From positions 768,001-832,000 of the forward strand of contig CAVUDP010000004.1 in the NCBI GenBank assembly GCA_963740315.1: 64,000 nucleotides of DNA, written 5' to 3'. Position numbers and translations under genes: made by a program. Each line of letters starts with the position of its first letter. Within the stretch, counting starts at the first letter, position 1. Below are positions 10,829 through 19,822 of this stretch, piece after piece. Under the pieces are notes generated by a model. It was not told where the DNA came from. It did no database searches and saw only the letters and a program-made list of their open reading frames with translations. Origin of the DNA: an uncultured cyanobacterium. GTDB lineage: Bacteria > Cyanobacteriota > Cyanobacteriia > Cyanobacteriales > Nostocaceae.

Positions 10829-11410
10829 ATGGCTTATTCCTGGTTTAAAGCATTTCATCTTGTCGGTATTGTAGTTTGGTTTGCTGGGTTATTTTACCTA
10901 GTACGTTTGTTTATTTATCACGTAGAAGCCGAGCAGGAACCCGAACCCGCACGCACGATATTGAAGAATCAGTATCAAATTATGGAGAAACGCCTCTACA
11001 GCATTATTACTACGCCAGGAATGCTGGTGACGATCGCAATGGCGATCGGTTTGCTTTCAACGGAACCCGAAGTTTTAAAACAGCCCTGGCTGCACGTCAA
11101 ACTTGGTTTTGTGGTGTTATTGATTGGCTATCATCATTACTGCAAGCGTTTAATGAAACAGTTAGCAGCAGGTGAATGCAAATGGGGTAGTCAGCAGCTA
11201 CGCGCTTTGAATGAAGCACCCACGGTAATGCTGGTAGTAATTGTTTTATTGGCAGTGTTTAAGAATAATCTTCCTACCGATATTACGGCTTGGGGAATCT
11301 TCGGATTAGTTATTGCGATGGCTGCAACCATTCAGCTTTACGCTAAAAAACGCCGTCAAGACAAAGAAAAATCAGCAGAAATTTCTCAAGTTCCCCAGCA
11401 GCAAGTTTAA
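10829..11410 (+). CDS. hemJ: Protoporphyrinogen IX oxidase HemJ
   Basis: WFKAFHLVG, WFAGLFYLVRLFIYH, MEKRLY, WLHVKL, RALNEAPT. Confidence 0.93.
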   Translation: MAYSWFKAFHLVGIVVWFAGLFYLVRLFIYHVEAEQEPEPARTILKNQYQIMEKRLYSIITTPGMLVTIAMAIGLLSTEPEVLKQPWLHVKLGFVVLLIGYHHYCKRLMKQLAAGECKWGSQQLRALNEAPTVMLVVIVLLAVFKNNLPTDITAWGIFGLVIAMAATIQLYAKKRRQDKEKSAEISQVPQQQV

Positions 11411-11432
11411 AGATTAAAAAGGTCAAAGGTTA

Positions 11433-11514
11433 GTAGGTTGGGTTAGGTGCGTGAGAGTATTTTATTTTTAAACGAATAATTAATTATGCAACCTAACCTA
11501 ACATCGAATATTGT
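11433..11514 (+). repeat. GTAG-type REP-like element (GTAGGTTGGGTTAG...TAACCYAAC), left copy
   Basis: Aligns over about 80 bp with 14046-14126; a short end fragment also sits at 13941. Confidence 0.85.
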
Positions 11515-11529
11515 GTAAATATTTAGTAT

Positions 11530-11721
11530 TCACTCTTTTTCTAATTCTGCTAATGCTTCGTCTAAGCTAAGTGGCGTTTGAGCTTGAACTTCCTTCATCA
11601 GTTTTACTAAAGCGTAATCTTCAAGAATTTCTTCAATCTTTTCAAATTCAGCAATAGGAATTTGTACGGCGATCGGGTTTTTATTTTCGTCAAGTACATA
11701 GTTTTTATGTATTTCTAACAT
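11530..11721 (-). CDS. Small acidic protein resembling a type II antitoxin; no toxin partner seen
   Basis: 63 aa, YVLDENKNPIAVQIPIAEFEKIEEILED...SLDEAL; GAGGA SD upstream. Confidence 0.6.
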   Translation of the reverse strand: MLEIHKNYVLDENKNPIAVQIPIAEFEKIEEILEDYALVKLMKEVQAQTPLSLDEALAELEKE

Positions 11722-11828
11722 TTTGACAATTCCTCTCTCAATTCATAAACATCTGATTTTAGTTTAGCTGGGGATATTATGCTAATTGTCTAATACAGAT
11801 GGGTGTAAGTCAGGTACGCATACGGTTG

Positions 11829-11892
11829 AGAAGTCGGGTTTTTAGAATACGTATCTGTAATACACTTACAAATTTTATAAAAACCCGACTTC
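11829..11892. repeat. Long-loop inverted repeat
   Basis: agaagtcgggttttta ... taaaaacccgacttct. Confidence 0.7.
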
Positions 11893-12103
11893 TGAGCATT
11901 AAATAGTCTACTGTAAATCTGGCCGCACTAATACGTTCTGGAGAATGACAGTATGCGATTTTTGTGGGGGAATTGGAAGTGCGATCGCCTATTTTCTATT
12001 TACGATATTTATATTATTTGAAGTAGCAAGGTATACAAAATATCCCACTTTAGGCTATGATTAACACTGAAAATTCGTTGAAATAAAAATAGGAGGAGTA
12101 GAA

Positions 12104-12772
12104 ATTCTTATTCAGTTTACTGATTTCAACGGAGCAGATACGCTTATAACTTCTCGCTACAATACTGAATGGAATGAAATCTCTAATATTCTAACTGAAA
12201 TTCCACTACATATAAAAGCTTCAGATCAAGCCGGAATTCAAGGAAACGCAATATTCGATCCAGTCGGAACAAACGAATATATTAAAGCTGCGATGGTGAA
12301 GTTTGCATGGAAAGCAAATATTCCTATCCCATCAGAATATAAGTTTTTAGGTACGGATATTGACTTTGGTAAAGCAGGTGTAATTGTTGAAAGTCAGTTT
12401 TCTAATTATCCTTTCCTACTCAACAATACTTTACGTTCTGAATTATTTTTCAAAGCTGGTATTATATTTGCCGAGCAACCGACTCAACTTGTGGTTTTAA
12501 TTACAAAAGCCGGGATGTTTCCAGCTTCTAATAGTACGCTTTATTACGAACAAGCCGTTAAGCAATTGACAGCTTTAACTGAATATAAAGTATTTGATGT
12601 TCCAATTAGACTTGTAGGATTATTTGAAGCTAAAAATACCACTATCCCTGTTATTTGGACTGTGTATTCATCAACAAGATATTCTAGGAAAGTTCAAACA
12701 AGGGAAACTCGTCAATGTCAAATCATACCAGGAAAATCAGCACGTAATCGTTGCATACTTCGCCTTTTATAA
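12104..12772 (+). CDS. Type II restriction endonuclease, BglII-like (predicted target AGATCT); full-length frame begins at an ATT codon
   Basis: Frame is open from 12071; (I)LIQFTDFNGAD...PLHIKASDQ...IFDPVGTN...FLGTDIDFGK...VESQFSNYPFLLNN...FPASNSTLYYEQ...VFDVPIRLVGL...RYSR matches my recollection of R.BglII; AGGAGG at 12091-12096; the track ORF at 12293 is N-terminally truncated. Confidence 0.88.
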   Translation: MLIQFTDFNGADTLITSRYNTEWNEISNILTEIPLHIKASDQAGIQGNAIFDPVGTNEYIKAAMVKFAWKANIPIPSEYKFLGTDIDFGKAGVIVESQFSNYPFLLNNTLRSELFFKAGIIFAEQPTQLVVLITKAGMFPASNSTLYYEQAVKQLTALTEYKVFDVPIRLVGLFEAKNTTIPVIWTVYSSTRYSRKVQTRETRQCQIIPGKSARNRCILRLL

Positions 12773-12779
12773 TAAACAT

Positions 12780-13877
12780 TTAATCCCATAAATTAAGTTG
12801 AATTTGTTCAACATTATTTTCTATTAAAGGTGTCTTTTTACCATTTCCATTTAACTTTCTATCTATAGGTGGTTCTTTTCCCCGCAAATTAGCAGCAAAA
12901 GCAGATTCTTCGTAAAGTAATCTTTCTTCCATCTCTTGCAAATGGTATTCTTCAGAATATATCTTTGCTTTGCTACGCTCTGATGCTTTTTTAGCTACTT
13001 GTACATCAAAACTAAATTTTTCAATAGGTTCGCCAGATTCTTCTACATAATCTCGCAGCGTTTTTAAATTAGGGAAACACCCATTTTCATCAGGTTTTTT
13101 ACTCAAACGACGTAGCGCAACTTGATAATATTTCGGCTCTAATTCTGCTCCTATAAAATATCGTTCGTAGTCTTGAGCAACAACAGCCACCGTACCAGAA
13201 CCCATATATGGATCAAATACAATATCATTCTTATTAGTAGTAGATAAAATAATTCGGGCAATCATATCTTCTGGAAACTGACACGGATGTATTGTCTGTT
13301 CTTCATGATTGTGTTTTACATTCCGAAATAACCAGATATCACCAGGATTTTTACCATCAGGATTACAAGAAAATTCACCCTTACGATTTCCCCGATAGTG
13401 TTTTTTATTTTGATATTTTTGCGGAACTCTAATCGCGTCTAAATTAAAAATATAATTATCCGATTTAGTAAACCAAAGCAGCGTTTCATGTCGGCAAGAA
13501 AACTTTTTTCGAGCATGAAGCCCATGTTGTCTTGCCCAAATTATGCGATTTTTGGGAATCAACCCGCAAGATTCCAAAATAGGGAAAAACCTAATATCTA
13601 AAGGAATCAACATTCCCTTATTAGAAAAAGCGCCAATCTGCCAGAATAACGAACCCGTACTTTTAAGAATTCGGCTACACTCGCGCAATACAACCGTTTG
13701 CTCTTGTAAATAATTTTCCAAAGCCTGCTTTGCTTCATATTCCTTACCTAAATTGTAAGGAGGAGAAGAAACAACTAAATCAACAGATTCATCCGGCAAG
13801 CTTTTCAGCAGTTTTAGACAATCTCCCAGAACAATTTCATTTAAAGGAAGTTGGTTGTTATTATGCGTCACTGCCAC
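12780..13877 (-). CDS. Beta-class amino (likely N4-cytosine) DNA methyltransferase, cognate to the BglII-like REase
   Basis: SSPPYN catalytic motif precedes HPCQFP and FDPYMGSGT SAM motif (beta order); convergent with the REase, 7-bp gap. Confidence 0.92.
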   Translation of the reverse strand: MAVTHNNNQLPLNEIVLGDCLKLLKSLPDESVDLVVSSPPYNLGKEYEAKQALENYLQEQTVVLRECSRILKSTGSLFWQIGAFSNKGMLIPLDIRFFPILESCGLIPKNRIIWARQHGLHARKKFSCRHETLLWFTKSDNYIFNLDAIRVPQKYQNKKHYRGNRKGEFSCNPDGKNPGDIWLFRNVKHNHEEQTIHPCQFPEDMIARIILSTTNKNDIVFDPYMGSGTVAVVAQDYERYFIGAELEPKYYQVALRRLSKKPDENGCFPNLKTLRDYVEESGEPIEKFSFDVQVAKKASERSKAKIYSEEYHLQEMEERLLYEESAFAANLRGKEPPIDRKLNGNGKKTPLIENNVEQIQLNLWD

Positions 13878-14045
13878 ACCTGCGAAATGATAATACTTTT
13901 GAACTATTAGGATAATTTATTTTAGGTTGTAGAGCAAGGGGTAGGTTGGGTTAGCGAAAGTAGGTTTTGTCAATAACTTAGCGCGATTGTAACTGAGGAG
14001 TTGGGAGTGCGATCGCGCTTCTCGAATCATACATTACTGCTAATT

Positions 14046-14178
14046 GTAGGTTGGGTTAGGCGCACGAGAATATTTAATATGAAACGAATAATTAATCATG
14101 CGTCGTAACCCAACATCGAATACTGTTGTTAATCCGATTACTTTGTGTTGGGTTATGCTATCGCTCTACCCAACCTAC
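14046..14178 (+). repeat. GTAG-type REP-like element, full copy with inverted ends
   Basis: gtaggttgggttagg...taacccaac...gttgggtta...tacccaacctac; terminal inverted repeats; overlaps the LRR gene stop codon. Confidence 0.85.
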
Positions 14179-14888
14179 TCACTAACGTTAAATTTTTTAT
14201 TAGCTAGCGCTTTATAATAAACTTCTTGGCATTCCTTCATCCAATCATTCCATCTTGGATTATCACTAATATCTATATTCTTCCAATCCCAAATACTTTC
14301 TGGCAAAGTTTCTAACATATTGCTTTTAACATCTATATATCTAATATTTTGTAACTTACCAATGCTATCTGGCAGAAATCTCAAATTATTTCCTGCCATA
14401 TATAAATATTGAAGGCTTTGCATTTCGCCAATACTTTCTGGTAAAGACGTTAATTTTCCCCCTTCAATATTTAAGTATTCTAATTTTTTCAAGTTACTAA
14501 TAGTTTCTGGTAATTGATGCAAATTCCAGTTACTACATATTTCTAATTCTTTTAAACTTTCAAGATTACCAATAGTATCGGGTAAAGATTGTATTGCTGT
14601 ACTGCAAATTTTAAGGCGTTTCAAACATTTAAGCTGTCCAATACTATCAGGAATTTTATTAAAATCCCTCAACTCGCTAATACAACCTATAATCTCTAGT
14701 TCAGTAAGATAGGTTAAATTACCGATACTTTCGGGCAATTCTTTAAGCTTCCAACAATCAGCAATAGATAATTTTTGTATACTTAGGTCATTAAAAATAT
14801 TTTCAGGCAGATACTCTATTTCCCGGTAATCGTAAATTTGAAATACTCCACCATAATTTAATTGACCAATTCTAGGCTCTATGCCCAT
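14175..14888 (-). CDS. Leucine-rich repeat protein
   Basis: About seven 23-24 aa repeats of the type LxxLPESIGNLxxLxxLxI. Confidence 0.92.
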   Translation of the reverse strand: MGIEPRIGQLNYGGVFQIYDYREIEYLPENIFNDLSIQKLSIADCWKLKELPESIGNLTYLTELEIIGCISELRDFNKIPDSIGQLKCLKRLKICSTAIQSLPDTIGNLESLKELEICSNWNLHQLPETISNLKKLEYLNIEGGKLTSLPESIGEMQSLQYLYMAGNNLRFLPDSIGKLQNIRYIDVKSNMLETLPESIWDWKNIDISDNPRWNDWMKECQEVYYKALANKKFNVSE

Positions 14889-14953
14889 AAGAATATATAA
14901 ATAAATTTGAAAAAGCTTTTTACATAATTATATAGTTATTCTAATTAATTTAC

Positions 14954-14998
14954 GTAGTGCGAGCATCTTGCTCGCTCGATACAAGATGTTCGCACTAC
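14954..14998. repeat. REP-like element, GTAGTGCGAGCATCTTGCTCGCT family; further copies at about 18714-18735, 61017-61040 and 62260-62282
   Basis: Same 22-24 bp hairpin core seen four times in either orientation. Confidence 0.85.
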
Positions 14999-15041
14999 CA
15001 ACGACCTCTTTTCTCCGCAGGAATCACTACAGATGTAAAAC

Positions 15042-15065
15042 AAAAAAGCCCGCGCAGGCGGGCTT
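15042..15065 (-). terminator. Probable intrinsic terminator for acnB
   Basis: aagcccgc-gcag-gcgggctt stem; the A-run on + is a U-tract on -. Confidence 0.6.
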
Positions 15066-15071
15066 CGTTCA

Positions 15072-15099
15072 TGTAGCCCCACCCTTGAGGGTGAGGGCG
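15072..15099. repeat. GTAGCCCCACCCT REP-like element; second copy at about 60144-60171
   Basis: gtagccccacccttgagggtgagggcg versus gtagccccacccttctagggtgtgggcg. Confidence 0.7.
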
Positions 15100-15106
15100 G
15101 CATCTA

Positions 15107-17782
15107 TTACTTCCCAGCCCCCGTAGGCATCCCCAAAATATCCTCAATCTTCGGCATTTCTTCCAAAGGAATCACTCTCCCTTCATCCTCAAAACCTTGA
15201 ATTTGATCGAAGTTTAAATACTTATACAAATCATCAGCAAAAGGATGAATTTTCTTCGCCACAATATCCATATATTCCTGCACCGAAGGCAGTTTTCCTA
15301 ATAATCCACAAACGGCTGCTAATTCGGCAGAACCAAGGTAAACTTGTGCGCCTTTACCCATACGATTATTAAAATTCCGAGTAGATGTTGAAAACACCGT
15401 CGCGCCATCTTCAACTCTTGCTTGATTGCCCATACATAAGCTACAACCTGGCATTTCTGTACGAGCGTTTGCTTCTTCAAATACTTCGTAAATACCTTCT
15501 TCTTTCAATTGCTTTTCATCCATTCTAGTAGGAGGACAAATCCACAGTTGAGTAGTAACTTTTCCGGAATTTTCTAATACTTTGGAAGCTGCTCTGTAGT
15601 GTCCGATATTTGTCATGCAGGAACCAATGAACACTTCATCAACTTTGTTACCTACTACTTCCGATAGTAATTTTACGTTATCGGGGTCGTTTGGTGCTGC
15701 TACTATTGGCTCTTTAATTTCGTTTAAGTCGATTTCGATGATTTGTGCATATTCGGCATTTTCATCACCTGACATTAATTCGGGATTTGCTAGCCATTCT
15801 TCCATTTTGGCTACTCGACGCATGATGGTACGAGCGTCTTGATAACCGCGAGCTGCCATGTTCTTTAATAAAGCGACGTTGGAACGCAGATATTCGGCAA
15901 CTGTTGATTCGCTTAATTTAATCGTACAGCCAGCACAAGAACGTTCGGCGCTGGCATCTGTTAATTCAAACGCTTGCTCGACTTTCAAATCTGGCAAGCC
16001 TTCGATTTCCATGATTCTTCCAGCGAAGACGTTTTTCTTGTTCTGTTTCTCTACCGTTAACAAACCTTGTTGAATTGCGACGTAAGGTATGGCGTTAACA
16101 ACGTCTCGTAAAGTAACACCGGGTTGCAATTCGCCTTTAAATTTTACTAACACTGATTCGGGCATATCCAAAGGCATTACGCCCAAAGCCGCTGCAAATG
16201 CTACTAAACCGGAACCTGCGGGGAAGGATATTCCTAGAGGAAAACGAGTATGGGAGTCGCCACCAGTACCAACGGTATCTGGTAACAGCATCCGGTTTAA
16301 CCACGAGTGAATAATACCATCACCGGGACGTAAAGCGACACCACCGCGTTGCGCGAAAAAGTCGGGTAATTCTTTGTGAGTCTCTACGTCAACGGGTTTG
16401 GGATAAGCTGCTGTATGACAAAAGCTTTGCATTACCAAGTCAGCAGAGAAACCCAAACAAGCCAACTCTTTTAATTCGTCGCGAGTCATCGGTCCTGTGG
16501 TATCTTGAGAACCAACGGTAGTCATCAGCGGCTCGCAAGACATACCGGGGAGTACTCCTGGTAATCCGCAGGCTTTCCCGACCATTTTCTGAGCTAAACT
16601 AAACCCTTTACCGCTATCTTCGGGTGCTTGGGGACGAATAAATAAGGTACTGGGTTCTAAATTTAATGCTTCGCGGATTTTATCGGTAAGCGCACGTCCG
16701 ATAAGTAACGGAATTCTGCCACCAGCGCGTACTTCATCAAAAATAGTTTCGGGTTTGAGTTGGAAAGTAGAAATAACTTCGCCGTTTTCGTTGGTAATTT
16801 CTCCTTTGTAAGGATGAATCGTAATTACCATACCCGTTTCCATCTTGCTGACATCGCACTCGATGGGTAAAGCACCTGCATCTTCTGCGGTATTGAAGAA
16901 TATTGGCGCGATACTGCTGCCTAAAATATATCCTCCGGCACGCTTATTTGGTACGTAAGGAATATCCGATCCCAAATGCCACAATACCGAATTAATCGCC
17001 GATTTACGAGATGAGCCAGTTCCGACTACATCACCAACATATGCCACGGGATGCCCGTTTTCTTTTAATTTAGCAATAGTCGCCAACCCTTCAGGCATGG
17101 CATTTTCTAACATTGCCAAAGCGTGGAGGGGAATATCCGGGCGCGTGGTAGCATGGGTTGCGGGTGATAAGTCGTCTGTATTGGTTTCACCGGGAACTTT
17201 GAAAACGGTAACGGTAATTGATTCGGGTACTTCCGGACGAATTGTAAACCATTCCGCTTCTGCCCAAGAATCAACTACTCGTTTAGCGTAAGGATTAGTT
17301 TCAGCCAATTCTAGAACATCGTGGAAGGCATCGTAAACCAGCAGCGTTTTACTCAAAGCCGTTGCTGCATAAGCTGCGATCGGTTCTTTTCCTTCACCAC
17401 CCATTACCAAAGGTGTTTCGGAAGAATCCGATAACGATACACTGGGAGTTTGTAACAATTCAATCAAAGATTGAACGTTGTAACCACCCACCATAGTACC
17501 CAGCAATTGTACTGCTTCGATGGGTGAAATTAAAGGGCATTCAATTTCTTCTTTAGCAATCCCAGTCAGGAATCCAGCCTTTACATAAGCAGCCGGATCT
17601 ACTCCAGGAGAAACTCGATCGCGCAATAAATGCAGTAAATATTCTTCTTCCCCTTGTGGTGGATTTTTCAGTAATTCACACAGTCCAGATGTTTGTTTTG
17701 CATCTAGTGGTAAGGGAGGAATCCCTAATGCAGTTCTTTCTTTAGCGCGATCGCGATATGATTCGAGCATTTTCATCTCCAT
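15107..17782 (-). CDS. acnB: Aconitate hydratase B
   Basis: [65 protein letters not shown]. Confidence 0.98.
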   Translation of the reverse strand: MEMKMLESYRDRAKERTALGIPPLPLDAKQTSGLCELLKNPPQGEEEYLLHLLRDRVSPGVDPAAYVKAGFLTGIAKEEIECPLISPIEAVQLLGTMVGGYNVQSLIELLQTPSVSLSDSSETPLVMGGEGKEPIAAYAATALSKTLLVYDAFHDVLELAETNPYAKRVVDSWAEAEWFTIRPEVPESITVTVFKVPGETNTDDLSPATHATTRPDIPLHALAMLENAMPEGLATIAKLKENGHPVAYVGDVVGTGSSRKSAINSVLWHLGSDIPYVPNKRAGGYILGSSIAPIFFNTAEDAGALPIECDVSKMETGMVITIHPYKGEITNENGEVISTFQLKPETIFDEVRAGGRIPLLIGRALTDKIREALNLEPSTLFIRPQAPEDSGKGFSLAQKMVGKACGLPGVLPGMSCEPLMTTVGSQDTTGPMTRDELKELACLGFSADLVMQSFCHTAAYPKPVDVETHKELPDFFAQRGGVALRPGDGIIHSWLNRMLLPDTVGTGGDSHTRFPLGISFPAGSGLVAFAAALGVMPLDMPESVLVKFKGELQPGVTLRDVVNAIPYVAIQQGLLTVEKQNKKNVFAGRIMEIEGLPDLKVEQAFELTDASAERSCAGCTIKLSESTVAEYLRSNVALLKNMAARGYQDARTIMRRVAKMEEWLANPELMSGDENAEYAQIIEIDLNEIKEPIVAAPNDPDNVKLLSEVVGNKVDEVFIGSCMTNIGHYRAASKVLENSGKVTTQLWICPPTRMDEKQLKEEGIYEVFEEANARTEMPGCSLCMGNQARVEDGATVFSTSTRNFNNRMGKGAQVYLGSAELAAVCGLLGKLPSVQEYMDIVAKKIHPFADDLYKYLNFDQIQGFEDEGRVIPLEEMPKIEDILGMPTGAGK

Positions 17783-18243
17783 AAATACAATTTAATAATT
17801 TCTAATTGGACGTTTATTCTATATTTTTTAGATAAACTTTTCTTGAAAATTCGATTCTCCTATACATATTATTAGTAATTATGACGCTTTCGAGTTCTAC
17901 ACTATACAAACCATCTTGCAAAAAACTTCCGCAATTATTTTTTAAGAAACTGTTGTAATTATCGATCGGAAGCATGATTTAGCTCAAAAGTATAAAGAAT
18001 ATTTTTCATGTGTATATAGTTACTTCTATTTTTTTTATAAAATTAATTAATGGTATCGTAGCAACAATTGAGACAAGAACAATCATAAAACCTTTTTAGA
18101 ATTATTATTATCACTTTACAGCCAAAGTTGGCAAATTTATCTAATTTGAAAATAATTATTATATCTTGCTTTGTAGTTGAACTAATGGTTTATTAATAAT
18201 ATAAAATATTCAGTATTATACGGACACATACCATATATTGTAT

Positions 18244-18564
18244 ATGACTACAACTTATACCGTTGAATTCATCCATCAAGGTAAAACACACACTTTACAG
18301 GTACCTGAAGATAAAACAATTTTATCTGTTGCCGACGAGGCAGGTTTAGAGTTACCCTCTTCATGTAATGCTGGTGTTTGTACCACCTGTGCCGGTAAAA
18401 TCGTTAATGGTGGTAGCGTAGACCAAAGCGAGGGTATGGGAGTTAGTCCAGATTTACAAAATCAAGGTTTCGTATTACTTTGCGTTGCTTATCCTCGTTC
18501 AGATTTGAAAATCGAAACCGAGCAGGAAGATATTGTTTATCAAAATCAGTTTGGTAAGGGTTAG
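18244..18564 (+). CDS. Plant-type 2Fe-2S ferredoxin with C-terminal extension (Fed3/FdC1-like)
   Basis: SCNAGVCTTC...LLCVAYPRSD and EDIVYQNQFG tail; ATG at 18244 preferred. Confidence 0.9.
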   Translation: MTTTYTVEFIHQGKTHTLQVPEDKTILSVADEAGLELPSSCNAGVCTTCAGKIVNGGSVDQSEGMGVSPDLQNQGFVLLCVAYPRSDLKIETEQEDIVYQNQFGKG

Positions 18565-18577
18565 TAGATAATTTGAG

Positions 18578-18618
18578 CTTAACGATCGACTGTTATTAAA
18601 TAGCAATCGATCGTTAAG
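18578..18618. terminator. Long inverted repeat downstream of the ferredoxin
   Basis: cttaacgatcgactgttattaaatagcaatcgatcgttaag. Confidence 0.5.
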
Positions 18619-18640
18619 TATGGAATATTGAACAGTTTTT

Positions 18641-18735
18641 TACTTATATAGCCAAGGAGTTACTTGTATAGCCAGCGAGTTACTTGTATAGCCAGCGAGT
18701 TACTTGTATAGCCAGCGAGCAAGATGCTCGCACTA
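18641..18735 (+). repeat. 4 x 20-bp tandem repeat running into a REP hairpin
   Basis: (tacttgtatagccagcgagt)x4 with the first copy degenerate and no spacers; last copy continues as agcgagcaagatgctcgcacta. Confidence 0.92.
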
Positions 18736-18782
18736 AGGCTATATATTTATAAAATAGTTAAATTTAAACCGATTAAATTGAA

Positions 18783-18971
18783 ATGATTACTGATTTTATT
18801 AGCGTAGAAATTGATTTAGAAGAAAATACTGCTCAATTACACAAGTCTGTAAAAGCTGAATTAAATAAATATGGTAAACCTTTACGTTGGGCTATTACTT
18901 CTGTGGATTCTAATAAAGGAAAAGTTTTTGTAGAAGCGGTTGTCACAAATGGGGAATGGGAATGTTTATGA
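18783..18971 (+). CDS. Small hypothetical cyanobacterial protein
   Basis: 62 aa with GKPLRWAITSVD...VEAVVT motif; TGA overlaps the next ATG. Confidence 0.7.
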   Translation: MITDFISVEIDLEENTAQLHKSVKAELNKYGKPLRWAITSVDSNKGKVFVEAVVTNGEWECL

Positions 18972-19165
18972 GTAAACCTAATTTTGCAGCAATGAATAAA
19001 GCAGAATTGCGAGCATATGCGATCGCACATCCAGATGATAAAGAGGCTTTTTACGCACTTGCTGATTTATTAACAGCAAATTCTTCTTCAAGTAAGTATC
19101 CCGCACAAATGACACCAGAAGAAATTAATCGAGCTGTTTTAGAACGGATTGAAAAAATGAAATAA
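18968..19165 (+). CDS. DUF6887-like small protein
   Basis: MSKPNFAAMNKAELRAYAIAHPDDKEAFYAL; ATGA overlap with the upstream ORF. Confidence 0.65.
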   Translation: MSKPNFAAMNKAELRAYAIAHPDDKEAFYALADLLTANSSSSKYPAQMTPEEINRAVLERIEKMK

Positions 19166-19192
19166 TTCAACTTAGTAAAGAATCATTGGGAA

Positions 19193-19786
19193 ATGGCTTA
19201 CAGGGATTTGACATTAAGTAAGTTTAAAAATAAGTTTGATATTCATATAGAGGAAGCAGCCGATTTATTTGCGAAAGTTGAACCTTTAGAAGCAAGCGAT
19301 AAATTAAAAAGCGATTTAAAAGAGACTGTTGAACTGGCTTTAGCAATTAATACCGAAAAAGCACGTTCGGAAATGATTATTCTACCTATTATACTAGAAA
19401 TAAGACGTAGAGCTAATCATCAAATAAGTTTATTTTCAGGTACTAATTTTGATGTTGATATAGAAAAAGGTTTAAACGGTTATTGCAATTTTATTAATAG
19501 TCGTTCTAAGGAGCAATTATTAATTAATGCACCCGCGATAATTATTATTGAAGCTAAAAATGAGAATATTAAAAATGGATTGGGACAATGTGCGGGGGCA
19601 ATGTTGGCAGCACAAATATTTAATCAGCAGCAAAATAATGATATAAAAACTATCTATGGAGCAGTAACAACAGGAGATATTTGGAAGTTTATTAAATTAG
19701 AAGATAGCAATTTGTTTATTGATTTGAATAATTACTATATTAAGGAAATTGCGAAGATATTAGGAATTTTATATCAGGGTGTTTAA
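19193..19786 (+). CDS. Hypothetical protein of an expanded cyanobacterial family, putative PD-(D/E)XK fold
   Basis: NTEKARSEMII, IIEAKNEN, GLGQC, YGAVTTGDIWKF. Confidence 0.7.
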   Translation: MAYRDLTLSKFKNKFDIHIEEAADLFAKVEPLEASDKLKSDLKETVELALAINTEKARSEMIILPIILEIRRRANHQISLFSGTNFDVDIEKGLNGYCNFINSRSKEQLLINAPAIIIIEAKNENIKNGLGQCAGAMLAAQIFNQQQNNDIKTIYGAVTTGDIWKFIKLEDSNLFIDLNNYYIKEIAKILGILYQGV

Positions 19787-19822
19787 CTGATAACTGCTCA
19801 CTGCTCACTGCTCACTGAATAA

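Noticed and set aside
12293..12772. 159-aa ORF as the complete endonuclease
   Set aside because: BglII similarity continues 63 codons upstream in frame to 12104
17380..17455. Extra segment in the AcnB N-terminal domain (possible intein or insertion element)
   Set aside because: Only about 20 aa and lacks intein motifs; likely a lineage-specific loop
18641..18720. Possible CRISPR array
   Set aside because: 20-bp units are contiguous with no unique spacers, and no cas genes are present
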